Shown: one piece after another, positions 8,293-16,853 of the stretch | How positions within the stretch are numbered: position 1 is the first letter of the stretch | Layout of the letters: every line of letters begins with the position of its first letter | Assembly: GCA_963767375.1 (NCBI GenBank) | Contig: CAVYDT010000008.1 | Span: 2,428,641-2,460,640 of the forward strand | Origin: an uncultured Actinomycetota bacterium | GTDB lineage: Bacteria; Actinomycetota; Actinomycetes; Mycobacteriales; Mycobacteriaceae | DNA length: 32,000 nucleotides | Reading direction: 5' to 3' | The notes under the pieces: model-generated | Told to the model about the DNA's origin: nothing | Seen by the model: only the letters and a program-made list of their open reading frames with translations | Databases searched by the model: none | Program-made: the position numbers and the translations under genes

Positions 8293-9066
8293 GTGCCAGG
8301 AAAAAGGCCGGGAAGCCCGGTTGACGTGCGTCAACCGCTGAGCGATCTACCCGACAGCGGCTATGTGTTCCGCACCGGCTGGAAGCTGGCCACCAGCGAC
8401 ATCGATCATCAGCTCCTCGCCCGTCTCGACGGGGTCGCGCGCTATATCCAAGAGGTCGGTGCCGAGCACCTGATCGACGCCGGCTATGCCGAAATTCATC
8501 CGCATTGGATCGTTCAGCGCACGGTCATCGATGTGATCGAGCCGCTCGACTGGCCGAGCGATATCACGTTTCGGCGCTGGTGCTCGGGAATCTCGTTGCG
8601 ATGGTGCAGCATGCGCGTGCGACTCGACGGTTCCAATGGCGGCCGGATCGAGACCGAGGGGTTCTGGATCAACATGAACAAGGACACGTTGACGCCCTCG
8701 CTCATAGCCGACGGCTTCTTCAACCGCTTGGGGACCACGACGGAAAACCATCGCCTCAAGTGGCGTCCTTGGCTTCCGGGTCCGGTTGAGCACGCGGCCA
8801 CGGCGACCCCGTTTGCGTTGCGCTACACCGATGGAGATCTTTTCGAACACGTCAACAACACCATCTACTGGCACGGGGTGCACGAAGTGCTCGCGCACGC
8901 GCCCGATCTTTGCGAGCCTCCCTACCGTGCGGTCGTGGAATACCGCAAGCCGATCGAACTCGACGAATCGGTAACCATTCGTTCCGTGCGCCGAGACGAC
9001 GTCCTGCACGTCTGGTTTTGCGTCGGCGGGGACGTGCGCGCCGGTGCCTTAGTCTGCAAGCTCTAA
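8293..9066 (+). CDS. Acyl-ACP thioesterase-like (double hotdog) protein
   Basis: Blocks colinear with FatA/FatB-type thioesterases: FRTGWKLATSDIDHQLLARLDGVARYIQEVGAEH, then RYTDGDLFEHVNNTIYW (D.D...HVNN..Y). The start is set at GTG 8293, five nt after GGGGAGG. The longer ORF start (8038) overlaps the divergent gene. Confidence 0.7.
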   Translation: MPGKRPGSPVDVRQPLSDLPDSGYVFRTGWKLATSDIDHQLLARLDGVARYIQEVGAEHLIDAGYAEIHPHWIVQRTVIDVIEPLDWPSDITFRRWCSGISLRWCSMRVRLDGSNGGRIETEGFWINMNKDTLTPSLIADGFFNRLGTTTENHRLKWRPWLPGPVEHAATATPFALRYTDGDLFEHVNNTIYWHGVHEVLAHAPDLCEPPYRAVVEYRKPIELDESVTIRSVRRDDVLHVWFCVGGDVRAGALVCKL

Positions 9067-9088
9067 CGAATGGAGATAGGAAACTCCC

Positions 9089-9736
9089 ATGACCAGAGGA
9101 GGGTTGCGTGGGCTGGCGCTGTTTTGGGCCACGGTGCTGGCCTCGGGGTTCTTTGCGAGCGCGGCGCGGGCGGACGAGGCCGTGATGCCGGGCATCCGGG
9201 TTGAGGATGAAAACACGAAGTGCACAGCGGGTTTCGCGGCGCAGGGCAACGACGGCAGTTACTACCTGATGACCAGTGGACATTGCGACAGGCACGACGG
9301 CGCGCCATGGACCTACGGAGACGGCGTCCCGCTTGGCAAGATCGCGGCCAGCGAGCTAGAAGGCGCCAAGCGCGACGCCGCGATCATCCTCCTTGACCCC
9401 AGCGTCGGTGCGCCACTGGGGCATATCGGTGGACAGTATTCGATCCGGGATGTGTTGAGTCTTTCCCAGGTTGAGGTCGGCATGCCGTTCTGCAAGATTG
9501 GTGCGGTCACCGGTGAGACCTGTGGCGAGGTCGAAAGCACAGTGGGCGGCGTGGTCAAAACCAGCGTGTTCAGCCTGACGGGGGACAGCGGCAGTCCCGG
9601 ATTCGTCAAGAACCCGGACGGCACCGTGAGTGCGGTCGGGCTGTTGACGTCTTCGCCGGACGGCGACGACAACACGACGTACTTTATGCCTGTGGATCCA
9701 CTGCTCGGCAAATGGGGCCTGCGCGTTCTCGAGTGA
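9089..9736 (+). CDS. Secreted trypsin/alpha-lytic-type (S1) serine protease
   Basis: N-terminal signal peptide (LALFWATVLASGFFASAARA). Catalytic triad context MTSGHCD, RDAAIILL and GDSGSP. Confidence 0.85.
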   Translation: MTRGGLRGLALFWATVLASGFFASAARADEAVMPGIRVEDENTKCTAGFAAQGNDGSYYLMTSGHCDRHDGAPWTYGDGVPLGKIAASELEGAKRDAAIILLDPSVGAPLGHIGGQYSIRDVLSLSQVEVGMPFCKIGAVTGETCGEVESTVGGVVKTSVFSLTGDSGSPGFVKNPDGTVSAVGLLTSSPDGDDNTTYFMPVDPLLGKWGLRVLE

Positions 9737-9891
9737 AGTGCGCCAAGGGCTTTCCATCGGCAAGCGTGAACGACGCAACCCGTCAACTGGTTTCGTGAGC
9801 AAGGCGCAACCCGGCGCAAGCGCCGGTCTCCTCGAGTTGCGCCCGGTCGTTGTTTATTTCAGACTGGGGCATCAGCTTCCCAGGAGAGCAA

Positions 9892-10143
9892 ATGGCCGAC
9901 CCGATCGCGCGACGGCTCGGGATAGGCTCTCGTCTGATTCGTCCGGCGATGATTGTCGGAATGCTGGCCGCTCTGATGACAGCTGGCATACCCACCGTGG
10001 TACCGCTCGGGTGCGGGATAACGTGGACGCGGACCGGAGGGGTATGGATCTACATGCCCGACTGTTCACAACAGGCGCCGCCGTCAGAGCCTCCGCCGGC
10101 TTCTCCCGGTGCACCAGAACCCGCTGCGCCGCCCACTCCGTAG
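9892..10143 (+). CDS. Possible small membrane protein with a Pro-rich tail
   Basis: MADPIARRL..., one hydrophobic span (IVGMLAALMTAGIPTVV) and the tail PPSEPPPASPGAPEPAAPPTP. No recognisable family, so weak support. Confidence 0.3.
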   Translation: MADPIARRLGIGSRLIRPAMIVGMLAALMTAGIPTVVPLGCGITWTRTGGVWIYMPDCSQQAPPSEPPPASPGAPEPAAPPTP

Positions 10144-10214
10144 GCTGCCGCCGGCGTCGGCGCAGGGATTGCCAGGACTTGTAACAACGCCGCGACACCC
10201 GCAGACTGATTGAT

Positions 10215-11000
10215 ATGCGCGATCGCGAGACGATCGACTCAGAATTGCGGCGCATCGCTCAACGCCGCCAATCGATCCGTGAGCAGGGCGGTCAGCCGTT
10301 GTTGCGACAGCTCGACGAACTGCTCGACGAGCGCTTGGGCCACCTCGCGGGGGCATCCGAAACCGGGGCGGTTGCGGCGGGTGAGGCTCAGTTGGTCGCC
10401 GCTACCTGGCCGCACCGCGACAAAATTGGCGACAGCAGGCCGCATCGACGTAAGAGTGCGCTGCGCCGCTTCGGGCCTCTCGCGGCGTTGCCGTTGTCTG
10501 TGCTGGCCGTCGCCACTGCGTTAGTGGCGATGTTCGGGGCGCACAAACCACCCCCGGCGGAGCCGGCGGCAGCCCCCCCGCCGTCGAGCGCGCAACCCCA
10601 GCCGGCTGCGCCGCCAGCACACGCTCCGCCGGTTGACATCGTCGACGGCGCGTTCATCGACGTGTTGAAGCAGGATGGCGTGCCAGTTCCCAGCCGCGAA
10701 TACGTCACGGCCCATGGGCACGCGGTCTGCGATTTCTTAGCGCAGCAACCCAACTTCGCCGAAGCCGTCCGCTATGTGCAGAGTTCGTCAATATGGGACG
10801 CCGATCAAAGCGCCAACTTCACGACTGGTGCCGTCGTCTCGTACTGCCCTCAGTACGAGCCAGCAAGCCCCGCACAGATACAGCCGGGCATGCAGAATGC
10901 TCTCTCGGATCTGCAGCGCATCCAAGGCGACCTGCAGCGCATCCAGGGCGATCTGCAAGGGATCCGAGGTGGTCTACCGGATATCCCGGGCCACCAGTAA
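10215..11000 (+). CDS. Membrane-anchored DUF732-domain protein with a Pro-rich linker and a C-terminal heptad repeat
   Basis: TM segment LAALPLSVLAVATALVAMFGA and linker PPPAEPAAAPPPSSAQPQPAAPPAHAPP. DUF732-like core FIDVLKQDGV...HAVCDFL...AVVSYCPQY with the conserved Cys pair. The tail is (DLQRIQG)x3. Confidence 0.75.
   Translation: MRDRETIDSELRRIAQRRQSIREQGGQPLLRQLDELLDERLGHLAGASETGAVAAGEAQLVAATWPHRDKIGDSRPHRRKSALRRFGPLAALPLSVLAVATALVAMFGAHKPPPAEPAAAPPPSSAQPQPAAPPAHAPPVDIVDGAFIDVLKQDGVPVPSREYVTAHGHAVCDFLAQQPNFAEAVRYVQSSSIWDADQSANFTTGAVVSYCPQYEPASPAQIQPGMQNALSDLQRIQGDLQRIQGDLQGIRGGLPDIPGHQ
10908..10970 (+). repeat. 21-bp tandem repeat x3 inside the coding sequence (encodes DLQRIQG/DLQRIQG/DLQGIRG)
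   Basis: gatctgcagcgcatccaaggc / gacctgcagcgcatccagggc / gatctgcaagggatccgaggt, read directly from the sequence. Confidence 0.9.
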
Positions 11001-11006
11001 TCGGGG

Positions 11007-11243
11007 TCACCGGTCGGGTGGTGGCGGCGGCGGAGTCCATCGTTTGCCATCGGTCGTCCATCCGCACGGCAGGTAGTTCAACTGTGGCGGCTGACCGTCG
11101 AATGTCAGGCACTTCGGTGTACCCGGCGGCGGGTAGGGAGCCGGCGATTGCGTATCAGCGTGAGCGACTGTGCCGCTGAGCATCACAGCCGCAACTGCAA
11201 TTGATATCGCTGCTGATTTCCGCGTTCGTAGTTCGGCAATCAT
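11007..11243 (-). CDS. Small secreted Pro-rich protein
   Basis: Signal peptide with an AHA-D cleavage context (AAISIAVAAVMLSGTVAHADT). The mature part is Pro-rich with 2 Cys. Convergent with the previous gene, 6-bp gap. Confidence 0.55.
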   Translation of the reverse strand: MIAELRTRKSAAISIAVAAVMLSGTVAHADTQSPAPYPPPGTPKCLTFDGQPPQLNYLPCGWTTDGKRWTPPPPPPDR

Positions 11244-11425
11244 TACGACCCACCAACTCGGATGCTAGTCGCCTGCGCCTGCGCGAGACCTTGAGAGTTC
11301 CTGCCAATTCGGACGCGTCGCCTGCGGCAAATCCTTGCTTTTTCGAATTTCTCGATACGCCCATCTTTTGCGACGCTGCGTTGCATGATGGCTAGCTGTT
11401 AGGCGATGAGACCGGAGGTACGCCG

Positions 11426-13153
11426 ATGTCATTTTTGCTCGTGGCGCCGGAAACCTTGGAGTCGGCCGCGGCCGATATCACGCAGATCGGTTCGACAGTG
11501 GGTGCCGGCAATCTGGCCGCAGCCATTCCGACGACTCAGTTGACCGCAGCGGCAGCCGACGAGGTGTCCGCGGCCATCGCGGCGGTGTTCGGCGCGCACG
11601 CCAAGGAGTACCAGGCGGCGGCGCTGGCGGCGACCTATCACGAGCAGTTTGCGCGCGGACTCAGTTCGGCAGCGGCGTCGTATGTGAGTGCAGAGGTCAG
11701 CATCGACACGACGCTGCAGGGCGTGGTGACTGCGGTGAATACGGCCGCTTCCAACGGTTTTCAGACGTTGGTCTACGGCCCGACACACACGGCCGGCGAA
11801 GCCTGGATCAACAGCTCGATCGGGCACGCACTCGACCCGATCATCAATGCGCCGACCGACGCGCTGTCGGGGCGCGATCTGATCGGCAACGGGGCGCCCG
11901 GAACGGCGACGGCCCCCAACGGCGGGCCCGGCGCTCTCCTGTTCGGTGATGGCGGGGCCGGCTACACCCAGACCAGCGGTCCATCTGCGACCGGTGGTAA
12001 CGGCGGCAATGCCGGACTGATCGGTAACGGCGGCGCCGGTGGTGGCGGGTTTGGCGGCGGGGCGGGCGGCGTCGGCGGCAACGGCGGGTTGATGGGCAAC
12101 GGCGGCGTGGGCGGTGCGGGCTCTGCAGGGGCTAACGGCGGCAACGGTGGCCAGGCGTTGTTAGTCGGCAACGGTGCCGCAGGCGGGGCCGCGGGTGCCG
12201 GCGGTGTCGCTGGAACTACCGGTTATCGCGGGCTGTTCATCGGCACCGGTGCCACAGCCTTGACCGGGACCGGCGGAGAGCATCAGTCGATCCAAATTGA
12301 CTTCGTGCGGCACGGGCAGACCAACAGCAACGCTTCGGACATCATCGACACGGCGATACCCGGTGCTCCACTCAATGCACTGGGCCTGCAACAGGCGAAC
12401 ACCATTGCGACTGTGCTGAATTCGCAGGGGCCCTTCGCCGCGATCTTCGACTCGCAGTTGATCAGGACGCAGCAGACCGCCCTGCCGTTGGAAACCCTCA
12501 CGGGGTTGACCGCGCAACCGTTGGCAGGGCTCAACGAGATCAATGCCGGCATTCTCGAGGGCATGCCGCAAATTCCCGCGGGGCTGCTCTACATCGTGGG
12601 CCCCATCGCGTGGACTCACGGATTGCCCCTCGTGGCGATGCTGGCCCCGGGCTCCACCAATCCCAACGGGGTGGTTTTCGACCAGGGCTTCGACAATGCG
12701 CTTGAAACGATGTACGACGCCGCGCTGGCGAACCCGGTCGTGGCGGCGAACGGCCAGATCACCGACGTGGCGTACTCGAGCGAACTTGCCATCGAGGTCG
12801 GGACGTTGATGTCCGTCAACAACCCCCAGCCCTTGCTGATGCTCACCCACCCGCTGCCCAACACCGGCGTTGTGGTGGTGGACGGCAGTCCACAGGGTGG
12901 CTGGACGATGGAAAGTTGGGATGGGACATCAATCCCGCAGGCGTCCTTGGGCACCTCGCTATTCGTCGATGTGCGTAACCTCATCACGGCGCCACAATTT
13001 GCGTCCTATGACATTTTGCAAGCCTTCCTCACCGGCAATCCAGCGACGATCGTGAACGCGGTCCGGTACGGCGTTGTGCAAGTAGGTATGGCCGCAATCG
13101 AATTCCCGTTCGCGGTCGCCCAGAGCCTGATCGATGCTGTGACTGGCTCCTGA
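11426..13153 (+). CDS. PE_PGRS family protein with a C-terminal histidine-phosphatase (phosphoglycerate-mutase-like) domain
   Basis: PE domain MSFLLVAPE...AAADEVSAAIAAVFGAHAKEYQ. Linker motif GRDLIGNGAPG. Gly-rich GGAGG/GGNGG repeats. These are followed by IDFVRHGQTNSN...DSQLIRTQQTA...NEINAGILEG (RHG catalytic His, branch-1 histidine phosphatase). The architecture matches that reported for M. tuberculosis PE_PGRS11. Confidence 0.9.
   Translation: MSFLLVAPETLESAAADITQIGSTVGAGNLAAAIPTTQLTAAAADEVSAAIAAVFGAHAKEYQAAALAATYHEQFARGLSSAAASYVSAEVSIDTTLQGVVTAVNTAASNGFQTLVYGPTHTAGEAWINSSIGHALDPIINAPTDALSGRDLIGNGAPGTATAPNGGPGALLFGDGGAGYTQTSGPSATGGNGGNAGLIGNGGAGGGGFGGGAGGVGGNGGLMGNGGVGGAGSAGANGGNGGQALLVGNGAAGGAAGAGGVAGTTGYRGLFIGTGATALTGTGGEHQSIQIDFVRHGQTNSNASDIIDTAIPGAPLNALGLQQANTIATVLNSQGPFAAIFDSQLIRTQQTALPLETLTGLTAQPLAGLNEINAGILEGMPQIPAGLLYIVGPIAWTHGLPLVAMLAPGSTNPNGVVFDQGFDNALETMYDAALANPVVAANGQITDVAYSSELAIEVGTLMSVNNPQPLLMLTHPLPNTGVVVVDGSPQGGWTMESWDGTSIPQASLGTSLFVDVRNLITAPQFASYDILQAFLTGNPATIVNAVRYGVVQVGMAAIEFPFAVAQSLIDAVTGS
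11885..12280 (+). repeat. PGRS low-complexity GGC/GGT-rich coding repeats
   Basis: Residues ~154-285 of the PE_PGRS protein are Gly-Gly-Ala/Asn repeats. The nucleotide sequence is iterated ggcggc(a/g)acggcgg-type units. Confidence 0.8.
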
Positions 13154-13220
13154 TGCGTTGGCCGTCATCCGCACACGATTGGCGGCCTTGCTAACACCAA
13201 CAAGAAAGGAAGGGAATCAA

Positions 13221-13577
13221 ATGCATTCACCTCACTGGTTGGCCGGACTTGCCATCCCGATGGTGGTTGGCGCTGCCCTGGTTAGTAGCACTGCGATTGC
13301 GACTGCCAATACTCCCGCTGATGACGCATACCTCGCAAAACTGCGCGCCGTCGGCCTCACTTGGCCGCCCAACTCGGAAGAGGCACTCATCGGGGAGGCG
13401 CACCTCATCTGCTACGACCTCACTTGGGGTTGGCAGCCACAACAGATTGCCGACGACATTCACGACCACATGAACAAGAGGGGCGTCACGTTGTTAGACG
13501 TCGGAACCATGGTCGACGCTGCTCACTCGATCTATTGCCCCGGTAATGTGTGCGACGCCCCTACCCTTTGCACGTGA
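13221..13577 (+). CDS. Secreted DUF732-domain protein
   Basis: ATG 13221 follows AAGGAAGGG. Signal peptide (LAIPMVVGAALVSSTAIATA). DUF732-like DDAYLAKLRAVGL...AHLICYDL...AHSIYCP with the conserved Cys pair. Confidence 0.8.
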   Translation: MHSPHWLAGLAIPMVVGAALVSSTAIATANTPADDAYLAKLRAVGLTWPPNSEEALIGEAHLICYDLTWGWQPQQIADDIHDHMNKRGVTLLDVGTMVDAAHSIYCPGNVCDAPTLCT

Positions 13578-13977
13578 CACGCGCATAGGTGCGCTACCAC
13601 AGACTTCAATCGTGCTCGATCCAACGAGGACGGCGTTCGGATCTCGCTTTCGGCTAAACGTGCAATATCCGTGCGTTAGCCTCGGTTTGTGCTCACGTGT
13701 GCCCAAAATGTGCCTAGTCAGTTCTGTGATTGACAGCGTGTCATGCCATCGGGCCGCAACCGCATCCAGCAGCGATATCAGCTCTAGCGCAACAATATTG
13801 GCTCAGCAAGACGCTCAATCAATCGACGGATAGCGAAGGTCGATGCGAGGGCTTGGGATGACCCCAACTCGTACTGAGCAACGGGGTCGGTCTGGCCGGT
13901 TCCGGTCTCGAATCGTGATGCTGGCGTCTGATGGCAACATAATGTTTGTCAGTATTGACTCGACGGAAAGACACGCA

Positions 13978-14436
13978 ATGACCCGCCAAGAAACGACCGA
14001 CGCGACGCCGTCACCCCGCAACCAAGCTGAAGCTATAAAGGCGGTTGTGCGTCGCAACACAGAGCAAGTCCAGGGCCAAGGCGATTTTGCTCTGTTCGAG
14101 GAATTGTTCGACGACGATTTCGTCGACCACACTCCCCAGCCCGGCACGACACCCGACAAAGCCGGCGTTCGCGTCCTCTACAAACGGCTGCGCGAAGCGT
14201 TTCCCGACTTCCGGCCCGAGATCCATTGGCAGACAGTCGACGGCGACATCGTGACCACATTCAAGACGTATCACGGCACCCAGCGAGGTGACTTCCTCGG
14301 CATCGCCCCTAGTGGCAAGATCATCCAGTTCGAAACGGTCGACGCGATGCGAGTTCGCGACGGAAAGATCACCGACCACTGGGGGGTTGCCAATCTGTAC
14401 TCCGTCCTGCAACAACTAGGACAACTACCCAGCTGA
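13978..14436 (+). CDS. SnoaL-like ester cyclase / NTF2-fold protein
   Basis: FVDHTPQPG...LREAFPDFRPEIHWQTVDGDIVTTF..GTQRGDFLGIAPSGK...VDAMRVRDGKITDHWGV is the typical ester-cyclase pattern. The start is set at ATG 13978 after GGAAAG. Confidence 0.75.
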   Translation: MTRQETTDATPSPRNQAEAIKAVVRRNTEQVQGQGDFALFEELFDDDFVDHTPQPGTTPDKAGVRVLYKRLREAFPDFRPEIHWQTVDGDIVTTFKTYHGTQRGDFLGIAPSGKIIQFETVDAMRVRDGKITDHWGVANLYSVLQQLGQLPS

Positions 14437-14706
14437 CCCGAAAGCGGCGGGTCGTCGAAAGCGAACGCTAGGCGGGCGCGAACTGAGCCGCGCGAGTTAT
14501 GCGTTGATGTCACGCGAGCACCACTTCCCCAGCTTCTTGGAGTACGGCGAATACCCGTACGTGACCGCTGATGAGGTCAAGAAGGCGCTAACGCTTAAGG
14601 CAGCCTTCTCGACCATGCTCGACCAGATGCAGTAGCAAGCATCCAGGCGACCAGAAAGGTTCAGAGACAGCGGATTAGGCGAAAGCGTCCCCGTAATTAC
14701 AACGGC

Positions 14707-15840
14707 TCACCCATGGCCGGGGGCACACCGTTCGCTATCCGAGGCCAACTGCACGTGCGGACGGCCATGGGGCTGACCGTTCATCCACGTGGACCAGATC
14801 CCCACTGAGTACGGACCCTGCTGGCCGTTCTTCTCGTAGAAACCCTGGGGGTCGTAGACCTTGGCGTCCGGATATGGCCAGGGGCACGCCACCGAGGTGG
14901 CGGTCTTTGACCACTTGATGGCGGTGAACGCAGCCCCGTACACCAAGTAGGCGACGTTGACGATCACGAGCATCATCAGGAACGAGCCGAGGGCCGGTCG
15001 AGTCGGGAACAGGCGAACGCGCTGCGCTAACTTCTCGGCCACCGTGCGCCCGGTGTCGTCGCGGTAGACCAACACGCCCGCCGGGATCATCACGAGGGTG
15101 ACCAAACTGGATTCCCACAGCAGCGGGAATTGGTGTGGCGTGCCGGCGAAGATCGAGCCGAACGGAATCACGTGGGAGTAGATGTACATCCCGGTGCGTA
15201 CCAGCGTGACTTCCAGGATCATGTCGATGATGAACCCGACGATAAAGATCAGCACGCCAAGACTGATCAGGGGGTGCCGCCACGCGAACGAGTCGGTGGG
15301 CTGGCGCGCCTGAATGCGGCGCAGGATCCAAACCGCCGGGAAGTAGGGCCCGAATTGGAACATCACGTAGCCGATCACGACGAACGGCTCAATCGTGGGT
15401 GAGAGTGAGACCAGCGGCCACGATTCGGGAAAGTGCCAGAGCCGTGGGTTGTACACGGCGTATGGCGCCCAGTTCATGATCGGGTCCTGCCAGACGATGA
15501 TCGTGGTCACTAATCCCATCAGCAGCACGGGGTGGGCGCCATAACGACGCCAACCCCAGACGAAAGCCACGATGAGGCCGACGACGGCGACGATCGTAAA
15601 CAGCTGAAGGAGGCCGAGCCAATGTGCGTAGCCGAATAGTGGCGCCACCGGTCGCGGCGCCCCGGTCACTTCCGGATTACCCACCCGCGCATCGGGATAA
15701 TTGCGGGCGTTCCACGCGATCGCGACGACCGCGCTCACGCCGAGGATGGCGAAAAGCCACGCCCACGCGGACCCGGCTGTCGAACTTCTCGGCGCCGTTT
15801 CCGGCGTTGCGGATGGCGCTTTGGTTCTCTCGGTAGTCAT
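14707..15840 (-). CDS. Polytopic integral membrane protein (possibly AveC-like spirocyclase family; family call tentative)
   Basis: At least 7 hydrophobic spans. The start lies 3 nt after the upstream MpaB-like stop, which suggests an operon. The WQDPIMNW block resembles AveC-family annotations I recall, but I cannot verify this. Confidence 0.75.
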   Translation of the reverse strand: MTTERTKAPSATPETAPRSSTAGSAWAWLFAILGVSAVVAIAWNARNYPDARVGNPEVTGAPRPVAPLFGYAHWLGLLQLFTIVAVVGLIVAFVWGWRRYGAHPVLLMGLVTTIIVWQDPIMNWAPYAVYNPRLWHFPESWPLVSLSPTIEPFVVIGYVMFQFGPYFPAVWILRRIQARQPTDSFAWRHPLISLGVLIFIVGFIIDMILEVTLVRTGMYIYSHVIPFGSIFAGTPHQFPLLWESSLVTLVMIPAGVLVYRDDTGRTVAEKLAQRVRLFPTRPALGSFLMMLVIVNVAYLVYGAAFTAIKWSKTATSVACPWPYPDAKVYDPQGFYEKNGQQGPYSVGIWSTWMNGQPHGRPHVQLASDSERCAPGHG

Positions 15841-15843
15841 CTG

Positions 15844-16833
15844 CTATTCCTCACCTAATCGACCGCAAGTTTGAGTTACACCAGGTACGAACGACGCCAG
15901 TCCAATTCCTTTGTAGCGCGCGATGATTCGCTCGTACTCTCGTCTATTGCGTGCCAACGGTGTGTCCGTGAATCGACTGGGCAGCCACCGGTAGGCGAGC
16001 CGCAGCACTCTGGTAAACACTGTGAACTCGAGGTCGTGGCGGCGGGTCCAGGCCATCGGAACAATCTCGCGCACGCGCGGGTGCATGATGCCGAACCCCA
16101 GCACCGCCACAATATGTCCCGCCACTGGTCCGAGCAGCGTCCATAGCGGCGCTGTGATAGCCGGGATGGATGCAGGCGGTCGTGGCCGCAGGGTGGCGTC
16201 CATGACAATGTCGAGACTGGCTGTGTGCTTTAACTTTTCGGCGACCACCCGATCGTAGTACGCGCAGAGTTCGTCGTAGCTCTCCGCAAGCTGTCGTGCG
16301 CGGCCAGGCATCTGCAGGTCCTCGCACAGCGCCCGGAAACGGTCCCAGATCGCTTGGTTCTCCGAGGCGCCGAGCCGTTCACCCGCGATCGCGACGAAGG
16401 CTCCTCGGTGCATGAAGAAGATGCTGATCAGATTCCAGTTCCACGGTTCAGGGCTTAGGGCGCTGTAGCGCACCCCGTCGGGGGCAACGCCTTTCACGTC
16501 GCGGTGCAGTTCCACCAGCCGCTGCATTTCGCCGCGACGGTCAGCGCAATTGGCTAGAAACGCGAGTTGATCCGAGGCAGCGGTGCGGCGCGCCCGCCCG
16601 AGCGGGTCGTCGCGGATTCGGGCAGTGTCTACGAGTGCCGCCGAGACCGCCGGCAACATCATCTCATCGAACAGGGCAGGCGAGAAAAGGGCGAGGAACC
16701 GTGAACCAACCACGCGCTCGAATCGATCCGCCACAGATTCGACAGCGGTGTCCACAGATTCGGTTGACACATCTATTTGCTCCGCCGATGCGTCTAGCGA
16801 TTCGATGGACACGTGCAGCGATTCGGCCGACAT
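15844..16833 (-). CDS. MpaB/DUF2236-family oxygenase
   Basis: LHRDVKGVAPDGVRYSALSPEPWNWNLISIF is the characteristic DUF2236 block. The start is set at ATG 16833 after GGAGGAGG. The ORF-track start at 16935 lacks an RBS. Confidence 0.75.
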   Translation of the reverse strand: MSAESLHVSIESLDASAEQIDVSTESVDTAVESVADRFERVVGSRFLALFSPALFDEMMLPAVSAALVDTARIRDDPLGRARRTAASDQLAFLANCADRRGEMQRLVELHRDVKGVAPDGVRYSALSPEPWNWNLISIFFMHRGAFVAIAGERLGASENQAIWDRFRALCEDLQMPGRARQLAESYDELCAYYDRVVAEKLKHTASLDIVMDATLRPRPPASIPAITAPLWTLLGPVAGHIVAVLGFGIMHPRVREIVPMAWTRRHDLEFTVFTRVLRLAYRWLPSRFTDTPLARNRREYERIIARYKGIGLASFVPGVTQTCGRLGEE

Positions 16834-16853
16834 GGTGCCTCCTCCGCTCATAA

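Noticed and set aside
8197-8334. The 46-codon N-terminal extension of the flavoprotein ORF
   Set aside because: The GxGxxG dinucleotide-binding fold should be at the extreme N-terminus, and ATG 8196 places it there.
9738-10184. A 148-aa ORF overlapping the small TM/Pro-rich ORF in another frame
   Set aside because: The product is Arg-rich with no features. The 9892-10143 frame at least has a TM segment, and even that call is weak.
11885-12280. A regular short-period repeat that could be mistaken for a CRISPR or VNTR array
   Set aside because: It lies in frame within the PE_PGRS gene and encodes Gly-Gly-X repeats. There is no repeat-spacer organisation.
12161-12850. A 229-aa minus-strand ORF within the PE_PGRS C-terminal domain
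   Set aside because: It is antisense to the histidine-phosphatase domain, which has clear motifs in the sense frame.
14507-14635. A 42-codon ORF (MSREHHFPSFLEYGEYPYVTADEVKKALTLKAAFSTMLDQMQ) in the gap after the SnoaL-like gene
   Set aside because: The composition is plausible, but it is too short, has no clear RBS and matches no family I recognise. It could be a gene fragment, and I cannot support a call.
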